Shown here: one piece after another, positions 26,425-32,753 of the stretch
Position numbering within the stretch: the first letter of the stretch is position 1
Layout: every line of letters starts with the position of its first letter
Source: a virus
Taxonomy: Duplodnaviria; Caudoviricetes
Direction: 5' to 3' (one strand)
DNA length: 32,753 nucleotides
Virus record (IMG/VR): IMGVR_UViG_3300038673_000457
Span: 1-32,753 of that record
Program-made: the position numbers and the translations under genes
The notes under the pieces: model-generated
Told to the model about the DNA's origin: nothing
Databases searched by the model: none
What the model saw: the letters and a program-made list of their open reading frames with translations, nothing else

Positions 26425-26808
26425 ATGGCTGGGACATGGAAGAAGCTTGCGTATTACGATGATGTCATTCCGAAAACAACATTCACTGCAAAGGGAGACC
26501 TCCTAACTGGAACTGGTAATGGAACACTTGCCAAACTGACAGTAGGGGCCGATGGGCAGATGCTTTATGCCGATTCCAATGAAACGGGCGGTGTAAAGTG
26601 GGCGGCGGCACCGGCAGGTGGTGATTTCAAGGCGGATGGCACGGTGGCTATGGCCGGGGACTTGAACTTTGCCGGTCATAAGGCGACAGACATGGCCTTT
26701 CATAATGTGGCTGACGCGACAGCAAGGAATGCCCTGACTCCTGTGTTGGGTAAGACAGTGTTCCAAGTCGATGAATCCGCACCTTATATCTGTACGGCGA
26801 TAGCATAA
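26425..26808 (+). CDS. Putative tail fibre component
   Basis: AAGGAG SD. TAKGDLLTGTG...L.VGADGQ.L.ADS....G.KW and DGTVAMAGDLNF are typical fibre repeats. Confidence 0.75.
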   Translation: MAGTWKKLAYYDDVIPKTTFTAKGDLLTGTGNGTLAKLTVGADGQMLYADSNETGGVKWAAAPAGGDFKADGTVAMAGDLNFAGHKATDMAFHNVADATARNALTPVLGKTVFQVDESAPYICTAIA

Positions 26809-26969
26809 TGACCCCGGAGGAAATCGAGGAACAGATGGCGGACCTTCATAACCGCTTCGTGGCCTACATTTCCGAAGCCAGAATTCCCTTGCCCTTCGTG
26901 ATCACCGTGCTGGAGTTGCTGCTGCATGAGGCGAAGGAGCAGGCGATCCGGAAATACCTGGAGGAATAG
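26808..26969 (+). CDS. 53-aa helical protein absent from the ORF track, possible fibre chaperone
   Basis: TAATG coupling. MTPEEIEEQMADLHNRFVAYISEARIPLPFVITVLELLLHEAKEQAIRKYLEE fills the gap exactly and carries the GGAGG SD of the next gene. Confidence 0.75.
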   Translation: MTPEEIEEQMADLHNRFVAYISEARIPLPFVITVLELLLHEAKEQAIRKYLEE

Positions 26970-26971
26970 GT

Positions 26972-28474
26972 ATGGCGACTTGGAAAAAACTTGCATTCGA
27001 AGCCAACATCTATCCAGCGATATTCGGCAGGGACGGCGGGCAGCGGATCGTGCATGGCCGTAGCACGACACTGCCGGCGTTTCGGACAATAGACCGGCCC
27101 GCGCTCGCGTTAGGGTCAGCATTCGATTTCTCGGTTTTATGGGAGGGGTCGCAGGATAGTTGGAGTAATGGACTGATCTTTTTGCAAAAACATGATGGAA
27201 CGACAGGGATTATATTCGGGATACACACGGACCTGAAGCTCTATGTAACGATTAACGGGACGACTTACTATTCCACGACGGCGGTTGCCTATGAATCAGG
27301 TGAGACACACGTATTGGGAGTGTCCGTAGCGAGGGAGAGCACAGGCACCGCCGGGCAAATAATATTCTTTGCTGATCTTGGGCAGCTTGGGAATGCTGTG
27401 GCGATCACGGCGGGGAGCCCCTCAACACTGACGACTACGGACCCGTTATATGTGTCGTCGGGTTCCGGGTCACGGTATATCGGCGCGTCGAAGGCGTGCC
27501 TCCTTTTCAACCGGGCGTTGTCCATCGCGGAGATTGCGCTGGCGGCATGCAACGGAGTCAGTAATTGGGATATGTGGGGGTCGTGCGTGCCGACATACTC
27601 CAGCAATTTTTCGTCCGCAACGGACGGGTGGAATGGAACGCGGTGTACGCGGACGGCGAATGTCGATGGCATAGCAGGCGTGAACGACTGTCTGAGTGTG
27701 TATGCGTCGGCAGATGCATCGACGACTCATTACATCGGCCGGACGACGTTGGTTCCGCACAGCTGGTACAAGATCACCCTGGATTATTTCATCCCCACGG
27801 GGAATACCAACGTAAACGGGGTCAGGGTCGGAAATTCCGGCGACGATTGGAATGTAGTTGGCGAGTGGACGACAAAGTCCAAGTTATTTTACTACACGAA
27901 CCCGACGCTCGTCATATGGCTGATGTCAAACGGTTCAATCATTTTCGCCGGCGCGGGATCTCCATCGGATGACTTGTTGTATTTAAAAAATATCGTACTC
28001 GAACAGATCGGCGCAATAGCCAGCTACGATTCCCAGGGGATGCAGCCAAGCGGAATGCAGTGGCACGACAGCACGCCAAATGGATGCCACCTGGTTCAGC
28101 CCTCGGAGACCAACGGCGGAGTATTGCAGAGATCGAAGGGGACCTTCGAGATCCGCTGGAAATGCGTATGGAGCGGGACGCATGAGGCGCAGTACATCGG
28201 CGGCTTCAATCAGGCGATTTTTCCGGCAAACGGTTACATTCAATCGTGCCTGGTCAACATCGAGGGGTCGGTGATCGAGGACATCATGATCGGAGACGGG
28301 AACGCCGCCGACTATTGGGTGGCGCTGACGAGCGGTCTGACGGCGGGAAAGCGGTCGCTGGCGTTGGCCCATCGGTATGCGGACGGAGCGAATTTCAAGA
28401 TGGTGGTTGACCCGGATGCAAATTTCACGGGGTCTATAGCGTTCCTGTTCCGGGGCGACATCATGGAGGTGTAG
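26972..28474 (+). CDS. Putative receptor-binding protein with LamG-like and carbohydrate-binding-like domains
   Basis: 500 aa, G/S/T-rich beta protein. LLFNRALSIAEI is a LamG C-terminal motif. Confidence 0.7.
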   Translation: MATWKKLAFEANIYPAIFGRDGGQRIVHGRSTTLPAFRTIDRPALALGSAFDFSVLWEGSQDSWSNGLIFLQKHDGTTGIIFGIHTDLKLYVTINGTTYYSTTAVAYESGETHVLGVSVARESTGTAGQIIFFADLGQLGNAVAITAGSPSTLTTTDPLYVSSGSGSRYIGASKACLLFNRALSIAEIALAACNGVSNWDMWGSCVPTYSSNFSSATDGWNGTRCTRTANVDGIAGVNDCLSVYASADASTTHYIGRTTLVPHSWYKITLDYFIPTGNTNVNGVRVGNSGDDWNVVGEWTTKSKLFYYTNPTLVIWLMSNGSIIFAGAGSPSDDLLYLKNIVLEQIGAIASYDSQGMQPSGMQWHDSTPNGCHLVQPSETNGGVLQRSKGTFEIRWKCVWSGTHEAQYIGGFNQAIFPANGYIQSCLVNIEGSVIEDIMIGDGNAADYWVALTSGLTAGKRSLALAHRYADGANFKMVVDPDANFTGSIAFLFRGDIMEV

Positions 28475-28476
28475 CG

Positions 28477-28707
28477 ATGGAGATGATGATCAACGGAGAG
28501 AAGGTGAAGGTGCTGTGCATCGACTTCGAACACGGCCTGGTGGATTGGCGGAGAACGGAAGGCAAGTACATGGGTGCGTGCGTGTCGGAGATCGGAACCG
28601 TCACCCTATCGACGGCGGAGGCGAATTTAAAAACAGCGATCGAGGCGGAAATGAAGGGACGGGACAACCCTTTGGCCAAAGCTGTTAAGCCGGCAACAGA
28701 GTATTGA
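28477..28707 (+). CDS. Hypothetical protein (76 aa)
   Basis: GGAGGT SD, 2 nt after the upstream stop. Confidence 0.7.
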   Translation: MEMMINGEKVKVLCIDFEHGLVDWRRTEGKYMGACVSEIGTVTLSTAEANLKTAIEAEMKGRDNPLAKAVKPATEY

Positions 28708-28742
28708 ATGCACGACAGCGAAGATTCAGAAGGAGGCTCATC

Positions 28743-29627
28743 ATGGCTAGATCTTTCAGGGACTGGAATTCACAGAGGAATATAAGAGAAACAATCGAGA
28801 TGATTATGCCTCTCTTCGAGAAGAAGCTGGCCTTCATGAAGGAGATGCAGGAGCGGCGGCTTACCTCCCAGGAACAGCTTGAGGCAAACAAAGTTGACCT
28901 TGAATACAAAAAGCTGGAGGCGACTGTATCGGACAACGAGGCCAACCGGACATTGGAGCGGGAGAAGTACAAGGCCGCTCTCAAGAACAATCTGGATGTA
29001 AAGACCCTGGAAAACCAGGGAATGCTCGAACGGACCAAGGTTGCCGGTGACTTGGAAATCCAGAAGCAGATCAAGGCCAATGAGGGACAATTTGCCGTGG
29101 CGGACATGACCTCGAAGCGGTCTCTCATGGGGCAGGCAATCGCCCATTCCGGAACTGTGCAGGAAACCGATCCGGAAACAGGCAAAACAAAGGTGGGATC
29201 CAACCCCTATGCCGAATCCATTACCAGAAGCATGTTAAATTCAACGGGTGTAACCGGCCCTGCATCGAGCCAAGCTGATATTGACAATGCCACGATCCGC
29301 GTCATGGGAATTGCCGACCCGGCACAGCAGCAACGAGCCCTGGAAACCATGAAGATGGACAACCCTGACCTGTATTATAGGGTAATCCAGCAGCCGGGGC
29401 CGTCAACTACAGGCCAGCCGCAACCGGCCGCTCCGGGCATCGCGGCAGCCAAACCGATGACACGGCAGCCGATTGCGGGACAGGCCACATCACCGTCGCC
29501 TGTTTCCATCGGCTCGATGAATACCGGTGTTGTGCCTCGCCGTGATCCATTTCCGGCAACCGGGGGGCAGCCTGCAAGGAAGAAGCTGCAGGCCCCCTAT
29601 GATCCTCTGGGCAGCCTGAGCAATTGA
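28743..29627 (+). CDS. Putative internal virion/ejection protein
   Basis: AGGAGG SD before ATG 28743 (start moved). Helical N-half and P/Q/A-rich tail. Precedes the giant gene. Confidence 0.7.
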   Translation: MARSFRDWNSQRNIRETIEMIMPLFEKKLAFMKEMQERRLTSQEQLEANKVDLEYKKLEATVSDNEANRTLEREKYKAALKNNLDVKTLENQGMLERTKVAGDLEIQKQIKANEGQFAVADMTSKRSLMGQAIAHSGTVQETDPETGKTKVGSNPYAESITRSMLNSTGVTGPASSQADIDNATIRVMGIADPAQQQRALETMKMDNPDLYYRVIQQPGPSTTGQPQPAAPGIAAAKPMTRQPIAGQATSPSPVSIGSMNTGVVPRRDPFPATGGQPARKKLQAPYDPLGSLSN

Positions 29628-29673
29628 TAATCTGCGATCTTTCGCTTTCCTCATTCCATACTGGAGCTGATTA

Positions 29674-32600
29674 ATGTTTGAAGACATCGTTGCCAAAATC
29701 GAAAGAGAGCCTTTGCTGGCAAGGTATGGTGAAATCAACCCCGCCAATCCGCTTGCCGACGCAGCTTCACGGGTCGGAGGCCGCATGCCTTTGCAGCCGG
29801 CGAATGCCGCGAATCCCCTTCAAGCTTCCACGCCCGCGCAGGACCTTGACCGTAAACCGCTGACACAACGCAGTTCGGCAGCCAGCGACCAGGGGCCGGG
29901 TTTTGTGCGCGAGCTCGGAAAAGGGGCGGCGTCCGCGTGGCTGGGCGCCAATAAGGCCGTCAACAGCATCCTGGAATATGCAGGAGAGCTTTCAGGCAGC
30001 GATACGCTACAGAATGTCGGGAAGACCGGGAGTGAATACTGGGGCAGGAAGATGGAGCCCTATGCTGCCAGGAAACAGAATTTTACGGAACTGGACTGGA
30101 GCAAGCCCCGCGATGTCCTCGACTGGGCGGCGTGGAACATCGGACAGATGGGCGGGCAGGTTCTCATGACGCTTCCCTTCATGGCTGCGGGAAGGGCAAA
30201 GGACGCTATCGGAGCCGGGCAGGCGATGAAAGGCCTGTTCAATGAAGGCGGCGTCAAGCAAGCAGGAAAATTCCTGGCGCAGTGGGCAAAGCCGAGAAAG
30301 ATGGACATCCCCATAGGAATGCTTGAGGCCGGGGAAATAGCGGAGGGGCAGCTGGAAAGGCTGCATAAGGGTGAAGTAGACGAACTTGACCCTGTCCGTG
30401 GACTGGCGGCGGCATTTGTAGCCACCAAACTGGAAGAGCTTGGCGCGGAGAATATGGTCAGCCGCCTTTTCGCCAAAGGGACGACCGGCGTCAAGGGGCA
30501 ACTTTTCAAAAAGATCGGTCAAGAAGCCTTGGCTACGGGCTTCGGGGAAGGTGTTACCGAATTTTTTCAGACCTATGCGGAACAGGCCGGAATTGATCCG
30601 TCTCGGGCCGGTACGATGGAGACCTTCATGGAGGCCGTCAATGCGGCGGCTGCCGGGATGGTTGGCGGTGCGGCCATGGGCGCGGGCGGCGGGGCCTATT
30701 CCCATAGATCCGAGAACAGGGCCATCGAGAAGATCAAGGGTATCAAGCCTGACTCCGTGCCTACCGGGCAGCTACCTGATATCCAGCGGCGGGTGATGGA
30801 GCTTTCGGAAGTCAGGCAGGGCGACAAGGATCTGGCTGATCTCCGCGATTCCTACGCGGCCGAAATCGAGAAGCGCAAGGGGAACACATCCGATGCCCGC
30901 GAGGAGCTTCTGAAGGACGAAGATCAGGGCGTCCGCAGCAATATGACGGCGAAGGATATCCTGAACGCTCCGGCTGAAAACACCGGCGGCCTTCCCGCTG
31001 AAATCCCTGGCGTCGAAACTCAAGCGGATACCGGCATTGACATCCAATCCGAAGAGGACCTGACGCCCGATGTCATGGCAAAGCTGGACAAGACGATTAC
31101 CGGCGAACCGGCGATCACCCCGAGGGGGGAACTGGAACCGGACACGACGCCGAGGTCTTTTGAGCCCAACCAGGAACCTGGTCCGGAGCCGTCGGAAAGC
31201 GCTTCTTTAGGAGTTCCCTCCCCCGAAGAACCACCACCCGGGCCGCAAGGTCCGGGGCCTGTTGCCGGAACGACCGACCGTAGGCCAGTGGAGACGCAGT
31301 ACGCTCCTGAAGACAATGTCTTTGCCAGGATGCCCGATGACGTCTTGAAGCAGCAGGCTGATTATGGGGTCCAGGGCGCCAAGGATGAATTGGCAAGGCG
31401 AGAAATTAACGCTATCGCTGCCAATAGGACAGAGAACGAAGCCCTGTGGGATGTCACCCAGTCCGATAGTTTTAAGGCTCTTCCCGACTACGCCCAGCGC
31501 GCGATTTTCGAAACCCACATGGAACGCCAGACCAACCAGAGCATTCACTCTGGACTGCTTAACGCAGAATGGGAAACGGCCACCGTTCCAGTCGAAGACT
31601 TGAAGAAAGGTAACGAGATCCATTGGAGCCCTGAGAAACAGACGGAATACGCCACCCGAAAGATTTATAATGAAGGCCCGGCAATTGTAGACTTCAACGG
31701 CAAGTTGATCGACGGCAATCACAAGTACAACCGTGCCCTTCGGAATGGCGATAAAACTATTGAGGTGTACCGTCCGGTCGCTAGTCCGGAAGTGGGTGCG
31801 CCCCGGGATGGTTCTTCCACTGTTGATATTCAGCAGATCATCCAGGCCCACACCGAGACAAAAGAGGCCGTTGGCCCCACCGTCGGCTCTGTCGTGTCCT
31901 GGACAACAGGAAGGGGCAATAGTCTCAGTGGGACCATAACCAAGTTGGATGGCGGTCGTGTGACGGTAAAGACCGATGCCGGGAAAATTTATTCTCTGAA
32001 TCCAGCCAAGGCAAAGGGATTCACTATTACTGACCAGAAAGGAGAAACGACCAATGGCAAGGAAGAAAGTACAGCCACAGCCGGCACAGAGATCCCCGAT
32101 GGCGCCGAGCCAGGGAGAAATGCCGCTCCCGATCTCAAAATCGCTGGCACGAAAGGCAAGCGAGGCTCCGGCAAAGAAGGGCAAGGCACAGAAGAATCCC
32201 AGGGGGAAGGGGAAAAAGAAGTAGCGCCATCCGCGCAATCGCGAAGCTTTACTGAGCGGATGAAGAACGCCGAGACGGCGGATGAAGGCCGTCGCCTGAT
32301 CAGCGAATACCAGGAAGCGTTCGCCAGCATCGAGAAGGCAGCTGGATTGCCGAATACCGTTGGGATAGGCGGAAGTGGATTTGCCGGCAGAGGGTACAGC
32401 ACCCTGACGGCGAAAGAGAAGAAAGACGTCATCAAGAGAGTATCCGCCAAGAATGCCGAACTGGGAAAGAAAATATCGGATCTCATCAAGGACATCGACG
32501 AATCTGGGCCGCATTGGGAAGCCTTATATGCAAAGTCGATGACACGACCGTCTAAAGGTGAAGAAGAGGACCCCGATGGTCTTCCCCTGATGGACGGAAC

Positions 32601-32753
32601 CACCAGGCCGAACCGGCACGGTGTTTATGACGAGAAACGGGGAACAGAGGCAATTGCTTATGAGGGCAAGAAAGCCTCTGCAACGATCTATGTCGCCCAG
32701 CTTCAAAATGGGAAATGGATTTCCGCCTACGCTGAGGAACACAAGCAGGGCAG
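29674..32753 (+). CDS. Giant virion-delivered polyvalent-type protein, 3'-truncated (>1026 aa), absent from the ORF track
   Basis: GGAG SD and ATG 29674 (MFEDIVAKIE...). I translated the frame to the window end and found no stop. G/A-rich helical N-region, acidic Pro-rich linker, ParB-like LIDGNHK segment. Confidence 0.88.
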   Translation, partial: MFEDIVAKIEREPLLARYGEINPANPLADAASRVGGRMPLQPANAANPLQASTPAQDLDRKPLTQRSSAASDQGPGFVRELGKGAASAWLGANKAVNSILEYAGELSGSDTLQNVGKTGSEYWGRKMEPYAARKQNFTELDWSKPRDVLDWAAWNIGQMGGQVLMTLPFMAAGRAKDAIGAGQAMKGLFNEGGVKQAGKFLAQWAKPRKMDIPIGMLEAGEIAEGQLERLHKGEVDELDPVRGLAAAFVATKLEELGAENMVSRLFAKGTTGVKGQLFKKIGQEALATGFGEGVTEFFQTYAEQAGIDPSRAGTMETFMEAVNAAAAGMVGGAAMGAGGGAYSHRSENRAIEKIKGIKPDSVPTGQLPDIQRRVMELSEVRQGDKDLADLRDSYAAEIEKRKGNTSDAREELLKDEDQGVRSNMTAKDILNAPAENTGGLPAEIPGVETQADTGIDIQSEEDLTPDVMAKLDKTITGEPAITPRGELEPDTTPRSFEPNQEPGPEPSESASLGVPSPEEPPPGPQGPGPVAGTTDRRPVETQYAPEDNVFARMPDDVLKQQADYGVQGAKDELARREINAIAANRTENEALWDVTQSDSFKALPDYAQRAIFETHMERQTNQSIHSGLLNAEWETATVPVEDLKKGNEIHWSPEKQTEYATRKIYNEGPAIVDFNGKLIDGNHKYNRALRNGDKTIEVYRPVASPEVGAPRDGSSTVDIQQIIQAHTETKEAVGPTVGSVVSWTTGRGNSLSGTITKLDGGRVTVKTDAGKIYSLNPAKAKGFTITDQKGETTNGKEESTATAGTEIPDGAEPGRNAAPDLKIAGTKGKRGSGKEGQGTEESQGEGEKEVAPSAQSRSFTERMKNAETADEGRRLISEYQEAFASIEKAAGLPNTVGIGGSGFAGRGYSTLTAKEKKDVIKRVSAKNAELGKKISDLIKDIDESGPHWEALYAKSMTRPSKGEEEDPDGLPLMDGTTRPNRHGVYDEKRGTEAIAYEGKKASATIYVAQLQNGKWISAYAEEHKQG
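32054..32224 (+). CDS. Candidate overprinted 56-aa basic protein in the +1 frame of the giant gene
   Basis: AAAGGAG (32038-32044) lies 9 nt before the ATG. MARKKVQPQPAQRSPMAPSQGEMPLPISKSLARKASEAPAKKGKAQKNPRGKGKKK. Confidence 0.45.
   Translation: MARKKVQPQPAQRSPMAPSQGEMPLPISKSLARKASEAPAKKGKAQKNPRGKGKKK

Larger units (their letters stand above)
1..32753 (+). mobile_element. Tailed phage/prophage segment (podovirus-like morphogenesis operon)
   Basis: Co-oriented terS-terL-portal-scaffold-capsid-lysis-tail genes. No sheath or classical tape measure gene recognised. Ends and att sites are not in the window. Confidence 0.95.

Noticed and set aside
18941-28474. Diversity-generating retroelement targeting the fibre genes
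   Set aside because: I saw no reverse transcriptase and no template/variable repeat pair differing at adenines in this window. One elsewhere in the genome is not excluded.
1-32753. Genome-wide TGA reassignment (genetic code 4 or 25)
   Set aside because: TGA serves as a normal stop for terL, portal and several coupled genes, and only one gene shows an internal TGA.

Overview
The window is an internal segment of a tailed temperate phage or prophage with podovirus-like gene content; neither end nor an integrase is visible. From left to right it holds: (1) the end of an early region with small genes, a ParB-like protein and an HTH protein; (2) an AT-rich minus-strand defence cassette (Type II restriction endonuclease, C5 methyltransferase of apparent BanI/HgiCI type, Vsr, small orphan ORF); (3) a tandem-repeat late promoter region; (4) a GC-rich late operon with terS, terL, P22-like portal, scaffold, N4-gp56/DUF4043-type capsid, two paralogous decoration proteins, lysis genes, adaptor/nozzle, tail and fibre proteins and coiled-coil putative ejection proteins; (5) the first ~1026 codons of a giant polyvalent-type protein missing from the ORF track. 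The top finding is tail-region gene 18779-19783, which has one in-frame TGA (FYH*Q, 18923-18925) directly followed by a hairpin fitting the bacterial SECIS model. It is a candidate phage-encoded selenoprotein or UGA-recoded structural protein, although a simple nonsense mutation is not excluded. Other leads are a structured RNA between portal and scaffold, a bistable hairpin before the coiled-coil genes, fibre proteins that appear to share a motif split across gene boundaries, and an overprinted basic mini-gene. All family assignments come from motif recognition and memory; no searches were run.
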